From positions 253,109 through 317,108 of the forward strand of contig MU619259.1 of assembly GCA_025201805.1 (NCBI GenBank): 64,000 bases of DNA. The letters run 5' to 3'. The stretch's first letter is position 1, and each line of letters starts with the position of its first letter. This DNA is from Parasitella parasitica NRRL 2501. Taxonomy: Eukaryota > Fungi > Mucoromycota. Below, one piece after another: positions 51,735 through 64,000 of the stretch. Below the pieces are notes generated by a model. That model searched no databases, was not told where the DNA came from, and saw nothing but the letters and a program-made list of their open reading frames with translations. Made by a program: the position numbers and the translations under genes.

Positions 51735-52910
51735 CTACAGGGATTCTCTACGCTGGATATCCAAGCATTCTTGCAACAACCTAATAACGTTACTAAAGCC
51801 CTTTAATAGCTCTGGATCCTGCATTTCTCTATCCGCATGCCAGTCGGAATGAGCAAAATCAATCAGCCTTAAATCACACATTTTAGGCGGTAGCTCTTCA
51901 TCAGCCTCTGCAGCAGCAGCATCTTCCGGGTTCTGACCCTGCAATGGCGCCGTTTTATCTTCTGCCAACATGCGCTTCCATGTCTTGTCTGCTGCAGATC
52001 GATCTCCTTCATACATGAACAATAGAGAAGATCCAATGAGTCTCAAATTTGGATGGTCTACCAAAGATTCTTGAATCTCTTTCAGCGTATCTATAAAGCA
52101 CTCGATAACCCACCTTGAGTATTTTGTTGGAATTTTATCTCTCGCAGTACTTGTGGAGGTGTTGTCGTCGATATAAGTTCTGTATTCCTCTGTCTGCGTT
52201 CCGTATGTTGATGTCGGGAATAGATAGGCAAGAATAGCATCCAATGTGTTTTCAGCTGTGCGAGATTTGCCAAATATTTTCTCGTACGTCGCATATCTTT
52301 TATCAGCAGGGTCATACACCTAGTTTGATGTATCAGCAAACAAGCCATATCTAATAAGACATGTTGCTTTACCTTCATTCCACATATTCTTAGTCCAAGG
52401 GAACCTGAGGTTGTCGATATTGATTGACGAATCATCCGTATACGCTTCTCGTCTGTAGCTTCATTATCGTACAAAAGAGATCCCATTTTCAAATCCAAAA
52501 TACAAGGTCGGGTAAATCCATGCAAAAGATTCTCTAAACAAAGGTTTTGTATAAATAAAGTTAAGGATGATATTCATGCTAATGCGCACAGTTCCATCAA
52601 GTATAAAAGTACATATAAAAAAAAGGATATGATCTTCCTTATCGCTGATGCTGATCTTTATAATCTCGTTATCCACGGCGAGTTCAGAGTTATCCAGAAT
52701 CTTCAAATCATTCTCTGTAGCAGCTCTCAGCGTACCATAGCATTCTGGGATAAAATCTTGGAACTCTGGAAAGCTGTGCGAGTCCTGATAAAAGCCATGT
52801 TCACGTTTTTTGCATGGCTTTATAACTATTAAATCGCTAGTAGGTAAAGCCATTAATTGATCATGACCTGCAACTTGTTGATCGAAATGTATGAGTGATG
52901 TCTTTTCCAT
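51735..52910 (-). CDS. Inositol polyphosphate kinase (IPMK/Arg82-like)
   Basis: QVAGH, PCILDLKMG (PxxxDxKxG), SSLLFMY and IDFAH motifs. Confidence 0.9.
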
Positions 52911-52959
52911 GGATTATTTGTTTGTGATGATAATAATTAAAAGACGGTTTTTATTTTTT

Positions 52960-53700
52960 CACATTCAAATTGGCTCCCAATTCTAAGCACTTTTCAAAAA
53001 CGTTTATCGAGTGCTGGACAAATGCTTGCAAGCTTCGGCATTTCAGGCTTGTTCTCAACAATCGCCCAAAATTGCTCAACACGATTATGCTCTGGAGAGT
53101 AAGGAGGGAGGTTAACACTCTTGTATTCTCTTTCATCGATTTGTGTGGCGGTGTGGATGGGTGCATTATCCATCACCATGTAATGACCCTGTAGCTCAGA
53201 AAAGCAATCCATCTCACCCATGGTTTTTTCCAAGAAATTTGAGCTAATGTCTAGTAACAGTACTTTTCAAGCAGGTTTCTTCATATTTGATATAAGCGCG
53301 GTTCTCAAGATAATTCATATCCGTTGCAACCTTTGTTGGATTATTGCTTCAAGAAGCTATGAACGGTTCTTTTTTTTTTCTAGCTGAGACGTGCAAAATT
53401 TTGAGCGAAGAGATCCACTGTGTTCATCACTCGCGCTTGTTAGTAATTGTCATAAAGGTTGAGGAGGTAAATCTTATGCTTCTCGTTTAGCTGACTCAAG
53501 AATATTCCAATCCTTATCTTCTTTTAAGCTTTTTGGCCCACTTCTGCGCCGTACGCTTGCTGATACCACCTGCTAAGCCGCCGAACTTGAACAACTTTGG
53601 GCTAATTGATGTTTTTACTCATTTGAATATATGTTGTGCTATTTCGCTTGCTTTTTTAACTGTGTCTGCGATTTTCTCTATGCATGTGTCTAACTCTCTA
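52960..53700 (-). pseudogene. Degenerate Tc1/IS630-type transposase remnant
   Basis: HYMVMDNAPIH...LPPYSPEHNRVEQFW in ORF 52994-53233; upstream part broken. Confidence 0.75.
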
Positions 53701-54453
53701 AAAGAGGGCGCTTGCTACATTACTTTGTGTGTATTTTTTTGACATGTAGAATAGCATACATTACGGCAACAATTTGACTTTTCCAATGGTATACATTATT
53801 TCACTTCAGGAAATAATGAATGAATAAAATTCAAACTATTCAGATCATCATAATCTTCAAGATGAGGACGTGGATGCTATTGTTGAACTAGATTCTTTTG
53901 ACAATGAGCTCCCTAATTGAATAGAATATGACAAATTCTGTATATTTTCTCAAGATACTATTGAATTATTGATATGTCAAAAGATTCGTTACAATCATTA
54001 AAAGGATTTTTATTTTGCAACATTACCCATTTGTCTGTCGTATAGATTTCAATCAGCGATTGTCACTCATCGTGAATACATGAATGCTTTAAATGCCTTG
54101 TTTCAACAATCAGTGCCTGGATTTTCTATATGGGACATTATTTGACATTTTGGCTTTCGTTGGGAAAAAAAAATCGCATCTCTCTCCTAAAATTTCCTCT
54201 AGTTATACGGCCAAAAAGAATAGGTCAAATTTTTCAATATAAATATCTCGTGCTTTGCAAAAATCTTCTTTGCCACATGCATTGTAACATGAATGTTGAT
54301 TACACCAAGCACACTCTTGATTAAATGAGTTTCAATTCTCATACCAGCCAGTACGCACAAAATTACATGAGCATATAAATGACACAAACTCCTTGATTTT
54401 TTGATTATCTCTTTTCTTTCTTTTTCTTTTGTGTTTCATATAACAAGTAAAAT

Positions 54454-56392
54454 ATGCTTCAGCATCCTCTAGACCCACATATTGGGCTTACTGACGCAAT
54501 CCAGATAAATAGCCAAGATAATTTTGATGCTTCTCCTCCACTGACAGACGATGATCTCTCCAGCTTTGAGCGTAAGGCATCATCACCCACACAGGAGCAA
54601 CAGCAACAACAACAGCAACAGCAACAGCAACAGCAGCAGCAGCAGCAGCCTCAAAATGACTCCATCATCCGCGCTCAGAGCCCATTTGGTAGAAGGTACA
54701 TGAAGCCCATTAATGGAATTCAAACAAAAGGGTTTGCTCGATCAGGTAAGTTGTCTAGGGTTAATTAAGCATTGCCAATTCCAAAGCTCAATTGCATGTA
54801 GCGCAAAGAAGATCCTCTGTGTTGACTCTGGGATCCATTGAGAGGTTGCAGCATTTTTATGCCAAGAGAGACTTGAAAGTGAACAAGTGAGTATATGATA
54901 AACACGTTTTCTATGAGTACATATTTGCTCAGACATTTACACAAACAATTTTTTAAGGGGTGGTACATTAGGGTTTCAAAACGGACCTCTTGTAGAAGAG
55001 CCAGATGACACAGGTGATCAGTTTCCAGAGCCACGAGAACCGCCACCAAGTTGGATTGATCTACACATTGAGACTGATTTAGATGTGCTACTGGCTTTGT
55101 GTTTTGAAGACATTCAGGCTACTCTAGCAACATGGTCTATGGTGACAGGACCCAACCGGCTATCGTCCTCGTCAGCCTCGTCATCACACCCTCTGGCAGA
55201 CGATAACAGCGGCATTAGTTCGTTTCAAATACTGCCACTGATCCAAGCGGTTGCCAAAATGCTGAGCTCAGTCAGGAACTACACAGTAAATCGACATGAT
55301 TTATCAAACGAGGCGTTGAGCAAATTGAGACATGCATCGCTTGAACTGCTGCACTCGATGAAAGAACTGGAAAATGAGCACCGTGTGGAAGCGCATGATG
55401 ATGACGGAGAGGATGAGGACGGATCTGAAGGAGGTTTTCTGTACAGCTCTTCTGATTTCAGCTTGCTGGAAAAGGAAAGGCAGGCCATCCACACTTATTT
55501 GAATATTGTTGAATCGCACGCATTTAACCCTCCTCATCATATCGGAAGCCCTCCAGCCATGTTCACACCAGAAATCCAAGCGTTAATGGGAAAAACTGAA
55601 ATTTTAAGTTTGACAGAAAACGAGCTGGAGGAACAACCGCAGAAACAAACAATTGGCTCGACTACTAAACGGACGACGCACGGGGTACCTGAATGGCTTG
55701 AACGTGGTTCATTTGTAGATGATTCAATGGGTAAATTCTTTCTTTTGCTTTTCGAGTTGACACTAACCTTTCGTACTTGCATATACACACACACACACAC
55801 ACACACAAACACACCGCATACGTAAATAGGCAGATACCATGCATTGATAGTAGATAATCTGGATGGTGCATTTACGCGAGAAGACATCCCTGATCCACAC
55901 CAAGATGAAGATTCATTTTTACACTTTTTGGCGTAAGTATTCAGTGCATAATAACTCCAACAAATTTCCAAGTAAGCTAATTGCTGCATTGATATGATAG
56001 GGATGGCATTGCACTCTGTAATGTGTACAACAGTCTTGTGAGACGTTCGCGAAGGCCATTTGGGTTGATTACCAAGATTCACAACGACAGTCGCCGTACA
56101 TACAGAGCAATTGAAAACCTTCGGTTTTTCTCTGCGTAAGTTCACTCTTGCGATGGTTTACTGCGCGTGTATCATTAACTTTTTGTTGCTGTACGTTTGT
56201 AGCGCTTGTAAGTTTCGATTTGAGCTTGACTTTGATGAGTTTGACCCATCTGAAATCGCCAGAAAAACGGACAAAGGGTTGAGCATGGTAAACAAGAGTT
56301 TGGCCTTATTCTTTGACTGCGCCATTCGCGAACTACGAGAGCAGGTAGACTCGGCGCAAAAAGTTGGAATGGTCCACAACATGCGCAAATAA
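54454..56392 (+). CDS. Hypothetical protein with polyQ and C-terminal calponin-homology-like domain (multi-exon)
   Basis: PolyQ exon; GT-AG introns; C-terminal DGMALCNVYNSLVRRSRRPFGLITKIH...YRAIENLRFF resembles a CH domain. Confidence 0.65.
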
Positions 56393-57205
56393 TAAGCATG
56401 CGTAAATACCCTTTACTTTCTACAATATAATACATGCATATATAAAAACATACGCTGCTCTATCATTATTCTCCAAAATCGTCTTACTACGTATTTTTCT
56501 CTCTCTTTTACAAAAAAGAGTTTTTAATTAAATTGTTGGTTTCGTCTCGTAACGATTTACATCAAATGTCTTTGTATGCTGATTAAACTAGCTTCTTGTT
56601 TCGTGGATCGTGCGTTGAAGTGTCAAAAAACATTCCTGAAACAATGCAAATCATTTGACAACTGAAGATGTAATATTGACGGCTCTATTCGGACCGAATC
56701 TCGAAATTCGAAAGCTGCTCGNNNNNNNNNNAAAAAAAAAAAAAAAAAAAGTCTCAATTATATAGAGTACAAAAAAGGAGACATCTCTAATCAACAATCA
56801 ATCAGAATCGATACAGTACATCATTAAGTTTGAGTTTACATCACTATATAACTGCGAAACAACAAAAAAAGAAAGCCTTGTGGATAATTTGCCACCTATC
56901 GTCTGAAATTAGTGTCTTGAATACGATAGCCTGCCATTGAATTAGCCTAGCAGTATACAGCCCCTCTTAAAAGAAGTAATGTAAATTTTTAGACTAATTA
57001 CTAGGCTGTATTTCTTGCATACGGTGATTACAAGTCTTTTTTCAACATCCTCAAGATCTATGGAAAAAGTTGATGCCGTACTGAATAGCGAGACAGATAA
57101 CTGGGTTTCACCGGGCCCGCATTATTTCGAATGTCATGATAAGCTAGAAGTAGGCCTTCTTCCTTCTTCTTTCTTGCGATTGTTCACTTCATTCCATATC
57201 TAGAA

Positions 57206-58559
57206 ATGCCCAAACCCACACTCTTTTTCATGCTGGCACTTTTTGCGCTTGTATCCGTCGATGCAAGCACAAATGTGACAGATATCAAAAATTGCCCTGC
57301 ACTTACACCTCGTAGCGGTGGCCCGCAAAATGTGCATGACCTCCGTATGGATGACATAAAAGTGGTCGGTGCTCTTGGTGATAGCATTACCGCTGGCTTT
57401 GGTATTATGGGTTTTGATACCACCATAAATCCAGTTATTGCTGCACTTAATTCATACAACGAGTATAGAGGCCTTAGTTATAGCATTGGCGGCGATACAG
57501 ATGCCTTCACGATCCCCAATTATGTCAAACATTATCAATCAAATGTCACTGGATATTCAGTCGGCAAGCACATTGGCGAATACTGTAATGGTAAGTTGCA
57601 TATATGGCTTACTGCCACTGTTCATGATGACCACATCTGTTCTGATAATTTTCATCTATTGCACGTAGCTGATAATTGTGCTGGTATTTGTAAGTAAACC
57701 TTGACCCGACATGTCATTTCATTCTCGGATGTCTATTTAACCGATTATTGCCTGAAACTAATTGATTTCTATGTCAGACTCACCTAAAGCCGATCAGCTC
57801 AATGCTGCTCAAAGTGGTGCCATTGCCATGAATTTGGACCATGAGTTAGATTACTTGATTCCACGTAAGCTAGTATGAGGTTGCAGTTAAAATGTGTTGT
57901 TTTTCGCTAATCATAAAATAGAAATAATGTTGATGGAAGGTGTCGATTTTGAGAATGACTGGAAAATGATCAACATCCAGATTGGCAGCAACGATATGTG
58001 TGGTGCCTGCAACAGCACCTATATGGATGAAGTAACTCCCGAAAAATTTGGAGGATACGTAGAAGCTGCCATTGAGAGAATTTACGATAACATACCCAAT
58101 GTACTTGTGAATTTGATTGGCACATTCAATGTATCTGAGCTCTTTCCTCTCACAGACGGGCAAGCCTACTGCCGTCCCAAGAACAATGATTCCAGCACAA
58201 TCGAAAACAGAAAATCGTGTTCCTGTGGTAATTCTCCAGAGGGCCTCGAAAAGATGTACAATCTCACGGCTGCTTACAACGAAAAACTGTACACCATCTA
58301 TGAAAAATACCAAACAAATAAGACAGATACATTTGCCGTTGTGTATCAACCTGCTAATCTCAACATCTCAGGCTTCCCTATCGAATTCTTCAGCAATTTA
58401 GATTGTTTTCATCCTAGCTTGATTGGTCATGAGTGGGTTTCCAAAGTTGTCTGGAATCAGCTGTTTTCAAAGCAATCCATGAAGCCAGCTGTCTTGAATT
58501 ACAACGCAAATGAGACTATATACTGCCCTATCGATTCTGACAGAATTGTTACAAATTAA
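57206..58559 (+). CDS. Secreted phospholipase B1-like SGNH/GDSL lipase
   Basis: Signal peptide; DIKVVGALGDSITAGFG; EYRGLSYSIGGD; QIGSNDMC; DCFHPS. Confidence 0.9.
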
Positions 58560-58935
58560 ATCATCTATTGCATTAATTACAAATGTTGTTTATTGTGGTG
58601 ACACATTAAACGAAACCAAATTAAAACATTGCATGTGCTGATATATCATTAATAGCAAATGTTGCAATTCAAGATTTACATTTTAATCTATTAAATACAT
58701 GGTACAAGAAATAAACTAAAGCATGTTAACGTTTACAATATTGGGTATTTTTAGGTAGAAAATGTCATATAAGTAATAATGAATTCACTTGGATTGGTGG
58801 TACATGTGTACCTAATATTTCATTATAATATGAGAAGAAACAAAAAACTGAAACACTCTGAATGTGGAAAAAAAAAAAAACTGATATAAGTTAATCATTT
58901 TGAAAAAATTTCTTTGCATAATTCTGTGTAAGAGT

Positions 58936-59319
58936 ATGGCATCGTTTTATGATGAGGTAGGTATATACCATGTGCATAAAAAAGAATCGAAAATCGTAAT
59001 TAACCTAATCGCTAAAAGAGATTGAAATTGAAGATATGAACTACGATGAAGAGGAAGATATATAAACTTATCCATGTCCATGTGGCGACAAGTTCATAAT
59101 CATTGCTGTAAGCTTAGCCAGTAGAGGTGCAGTTCAATAACACTGACAGCGTTACTACTACCTAAATGTTTGTAGGATGAGCTGATCGATGTCCACGATG
59201 TAGCACAATGCTCATTCTGCTCATTAATCATTAAAGTCATTTACGACCCTGATGATTTTATAGATGGAGATGATCAAACAATTACCTTTGACGTAGCTCC
59301 CGTTTCTTTATCCGTTTGA
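58936..59319 (+). pseudogene. DPH3: Diphthamide biosynthesis protein 3 (CSL zinc finger) with in-frame premature stop
   Basis: Three exons give MASFYDE/IEIEDMNYDEEEDI*TYPCPCGDKFIIIA/DELIDVHDVAQCSFCSLIIKVIYDPDDF...; TAA at 59063-59065. Confidence 0.8.
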
Positions 59320-59585
59320 TAGTTTGGCAGATGAAAAATACCTCTTACAAAGTGAACATTCACACCAACAAGATGTTACATTAAAATTTAATTTTTGTGT
59401 AAGCATTGATAGAAACAAGATCGCCTAAAAGTCTTCAAGTTGTACAAATCAATTAGAATAAATACAAGCCAAACTTTCTTAACAGTTGCTAATACATTTG
59501 ACTCTCTTCATTCCATTCACTATCGTGAACTCTCCCTTCCCTTCCTTTCAAATAATATTTTTGTGGTTTTAAAGCAGAGAATATC

Positions 59586-61309
59586 ATGTTGATCTCTAAA
59601 ACATTTATTTTCATTGCCGTCTCATATTTGACTACAAGAGTGTCTGCAAACAGCTTGGAGCACATTTTGCATTCAGGCAATGGCAATTACATTCTCCAGT
59701 TGAATCAAACCACATGTATCAAGCATTGTATGTTGTTTCGTTAAATGTATACAATATCACTTACTAAATGTTCAATTTTACAGTCGTTCCTGAGTTTATC
59801 GATGGTGCCTTCAAAATCTTTAGCCAGAACTTTGGTGGACATGAAAAATTGATAAAAAGCAACAACAGTATCGTTCGTCGAGACACCCAAGATGAGCAAG
59901 TTCATGTATTTGATGCATATGATATTGGAAACTCTTTTAAAGGTATTAGCGTCAAGTTTGAACAATTAAATATCGTCAAGACCTTGTTGGCTTCTTTCAA
60001 TCACGACATTATCAAAATTATTCCAGATCAAGATATTCAATTTGATTTGCCTACTAGTAAAAAAGCTGCTCTAAAGAAGCGCTATTATGCTCGTGCTAGC
60101 AAAAGTAATCCTCGTCGCGAAAATCGTGTAGGCAACTTTGATTATGATCATTATAAACATGATGTCAACTGCCCTTACAATCCCAATAATCAAATGGCAG
60201 CCACTTCTGCTACTTCTATCAAGAAAAATACTTCTAATCTCATTCAAAAATTTGCTATCACTACTAAAAAGAAGACTACCACCAAGAAAAAAACTGCTGC
60301 TAAGAAAAAGACCACTCCCAAGAAAAAGACTACTACCACTAAGAAAACTTCTTCCAAGAAAAAGACCACTACCAAGAAAACAACCGTTTCTACTTCTACT
60401 GCCAAACACTCTCTCACTTCTGTCAAGTTCACTCAGCAAGCCTCTCCTCAATGGAATCTAGCTCGCATCTCTGAGCATAAACGTGCTTTAAGCAAGCCTT
60501 ATATCTACGACACTGATGCTGGCTCTGGGACCTATGTTTATGTTATTGATGACGGGTTGAATGTCAACCATAAAGATTTTGGTAATCGTGCTAAATGGGG
60601 TTGGTCTGCCTACAAAGGAGCTTCTCCTCTCGGTGAGGGCCATGGTACTCATGTAGCTGGTATTATCGGTAGTAAAACCTACGGTGTTGCTAAAAAGACC
60701 AACTTAATTGCTGTTCAAGTCCTTAATGATAAAGGTACTGGCTCTATTTCTAGCTTGCTGGCCGGTCTGCAATGGGTTAATGACAACGCAAAGGCTCACA
60801 AGGGGAAAGCCATTATTAACATGTCTTTGGGCATGGAGGTTTCTGGTACGCCTAGCTCTTCTATAAATGCATTCAATGCTGCCATCAGTGCGGTTGTTGA
60901 TTCTGGTATTCCTCTTATTGCTGCTGCTGGTAATTGGGGCGATGATAGTTGTGGTATTCTGCCCGCTGCTAATCCTGATGTTTATACTGTTGCTGCATCT
61001 GATAAGAATGATAAATTTGCCAATTACAGTTCCTGGGGTAAATGCGTATCCGTAATTGCTCCTGGTACAGGCATTAAGAGTACATTTATCGATTCCAATA
61101 CTTCTACTGAAACTCTCTCTGGCACCAGTATGGCTTCTCCTCATGTCGCTGGTGTTGCTGCCTTACTGATTCGAAAGCTTGATAACCCTACTCCTTCCAA
61201 CCTTTACAAGGAATTGACTAAGCTTGCCACTAAAAACCTTGTCACTAGTGTTACCAAGAATACTCCTAATGTCTTGTTGTTCAATGGTCAAACACTGACC
61301 AAAAATTAA
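59586..61309 (+). CDS. Secreted subtilisin (S8A, proteinase K-like) with prodomain and Lys/Thr-rich linker
   Basis: Signal-peptide exon from 59586; intron ~59716-59783; catalytic triad VYVIDDG, HGTHVAG, SGTSMASPHVAG. Confidence 0.92.
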
Positions 61310-62199
61310 TATTGTATTATCTTTCCTACTAAAATATATAAAGACTATTCAAGTATAATATGTACAACAATATAAATATGTATGTAATTGAAACACGCAC
61401 TTTAATTTTTCAGCCTTTTATCGCACATGTTGCAATAATAAGCACCACTGATTTGGAAGAAGTTTGCGCAATTGGGTATCACTATTGTTGGCACCATATT
61501 TAATGAAGTGATCTGGTCCTTTTCACATTTTTGCATATTGAAAAAAAGATCCTTATACAAAACTGTGCAGAGGAGTAGATATAACGTAGGCGAGTACTGT
61601 ACAGAAGTTTGGTGGTATACGGTGTGAAATACATTTACTATAATTATCGGCATTCAGCTTATAGATTCATTCAATTACCTTATATTGATACAGGCTATAC
61701 ATGTGCACAGTAAATAAGACGGACAATACAGATTGTGCTGAAGTGATAGAACTTCCCACAAAAAGTAATTGAATGTCATCTCTTACGGAACTACCTTAGA
61801 GATTCCAAATCAAGCTAATAAACAGATTACCTAAATATCTAACCGTGAAACCGCGAAGCATTTATAAAAAGAAATCGAACCACAAACCACATTTGGAACG
61901 CATAGACCAATGTAAGGACTGGTCCATGCATGTCATTTACAAATGTGTCAGAAACATCGATATTAGAATACCGTACTTCATTATGTAAAATCAAATACAG
62001 AAAAACCTGACTGACAGTTACGGCATAACTGACAGACAGACCGTTTACAACAACGAATATAAATAGAGTAGAAATGTCTAACCTTTGCACGTTATCTTAT
62101 TCCAAAAAATAAAGAAGGAATTAAATTGTATCTATTGTTGTTTTACACTTTTTATTACACAAATTTATAATATATGAAATATAGGCTAGGAATGGGACA

Positions 62200-62785
62200 G
62201 TTAGGATGGATGACGCTAAAGAATTATATTTATATCTTGACACGAGCAATAGACATTTATCAGATTTGGTATATGCTAAGAGCTTATGCCATATAGGACC
62301 TATGCTTCAGAGGTGCATTCTCAGATTCCAGATACGCACTACAAGACATGTAGTTGTATTCATGATACTAGCCACAGATAGATTATGTACTACAGACTTC
62401 CGCAATGCTATATATATGCTCATGACATGCTATAGACATGCTTTAGTAAGACATCATGCTACATATACCGATATATGCTAAGATGAATACCAAGTGATAT
62501 ACACTCAGACATGTACAATTAATATAGACTAAATAAGACTTTACTAGAAATAATTTACGCTTATGGATAGATACTAATAACTTACGTATGAACGATCGAT
62601 CAGGGTAACTAGGGTAAAACTTATCTACTCTTTCAGATAGATCTAAGTTATCGTAAGTATGCTGAGATGTCATTTAGCACGAAATTAAAAATGCTAATAA
62701 TCAGGATTGTCGTTCGCGTTAAATTATGATAGACCAACATTTATCCATAGCTCTAGTATATAAGGCTTATCTACCTGTCAGTATT
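62200..62785 (+). mobile_element. LTR-like repeat, second copy (3'-truncated)
   Basis: Homologous to 34852-35430; preceded by purine-rich GCTAGGAATGGGACAG (PPT-like). Confidence 0.65.
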
Positions 62786-62799
62786 CATTGATTCATCAG

Positions 62800-64000
62800 A
62801 CTAAGAAATTATTGAAATAAAACAATTGTCAATTAATCAGGTAAAGATCTCATCTAATACATGGAAAAAATAATTGTTTATATTCTAGTGAATCTAAGTG
62901 GACTGATGGGGGTATAAGATATAAGTGTGAGACATGATGTGATTTAGGGATGGTACAATATGTTGTATCTATTGTCCATGTGTTGTATCCATAGAATACT
63001 ATGGTTACCACTATTTCAACTTAGTTGTCATGGCAACCGTTCCTGATCGGATCTAAGGTTAAATGGCATGGATTGTTCTATCTAGTAAATAATAGAAGTA
63101 TTCAATAGAATGTCTTGTATAAGAAACCATCTATCTAGGTTCTACTTATTATAAATTGCGAAGCTCAACTTATCAATGAATGATTCACATTCATTCATAA
63201 CGTTTAGCTGATTAAATATAGAAATAGGCCTTGCTCTGACTACTACTGTGTTATAATCTTGTTTGACAATTAAATGTCAAACATGACCTGATTGTATATT
63301 ATAGATTGATTCAGATAGAATTATTCTAATATAAATAGACAGCTTCTTGTCAATCAATAAATTAATAGTTTTGTATCTGGTAAATTAAGTCTTTATTACT
63401 TTCTTATATTCTTTATATCATAAACAATCACCTGCTGTACTCAATTTCAAGACCTGGCACAACACTATGAACATGATCCATTGGATATGTTCCTGAGTCA
63501 TGTTCCAGATTGAATTTACTTGAGTTTGACTTCCGGTTGGGAAATTGACACATCATAATAGTCAGAAATATGTGCGAATTGAATATGTTGTAGAATAGTT
63601 CAAACGGGAAATATTTTGGCTGAAAGTTGCGTTTTTATCGCTTAAAAGTTTGTAAAGATAGCAGTAATTGAAAATTATATTTTTAAGCCTGGAAAAGGGT
63701 TATATCTCTGATCTGGCGGTATTTATTTCTTCCAAAAATGAAGGTGTATAAAATTGGTTTTTGACTTCCTATCATGCAGTATCTTGGCCATATCAATTCG
63801 TATTGATGAGACATGCGCAAGGTACCGCTATTATTAGAATCATGCTCTGCTCTTCAATCGAAAATAGGTATTGCACTCATTTACAACAACAAATTAAAAA
63901 GGCAGCAGATTGAATCTCAGCAATATGTTTTCATTTGACCCAAATCAATTTCGAGCTTTTTTCGCATAGTTCATTGCTAGATATCTCATAAACGCAATAA
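62800..64000 (-). repeat. Degenerate element fragments and an inverted copy of the dispersed repeat
   Basis: Inverted matches to 3130-3560, 41805-41898, 42255-42375 and 41476-41800. Confidence 0.75.

Overview
Eukaryotic, AT-rich, intron-containing fungal DNA; gene and transposon style indicate Mucorales/Mucoraceae (inference). Gene blocks at about 0.3-30.2 kb and 45.4-61.3 kb hold housekeeping genes: a CHZ-motif histone chaperone, mitochondrial bL31m, PET127, a MYND finger protein, mitochondrial PheRS, a C2H2/PHD protein, PRP28, a DHHC palmitoyltransferase, NOC2, NIC96, SCC2, IPMK, a CH-domain protein, a PLB1-like lipase and a subtilisin, plus SLC10A7-like and DPH3 pseudogenes. Between them is a ~15-kb stretch without host protein genes. 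It opens with a tRNA-Thr(AGT) gene and holds nested LINE, Tc1/mariner, LTR and CACTATG-ended elements. Main finding: a non-LTR retrotransposon insertion (31008-33491) is flanked by a 17-bp direct repeat that is exactly nucleotides 1-17 of the tRNA gene. The tRNA stays intact, and a second, 5'-truncated copy starts right after the duplicated tRNA fragment. This suggests a tRNA-targeting LINE family that regenerates its target and stacks in tandem. Exon boundaries were read by eye and are approximate.
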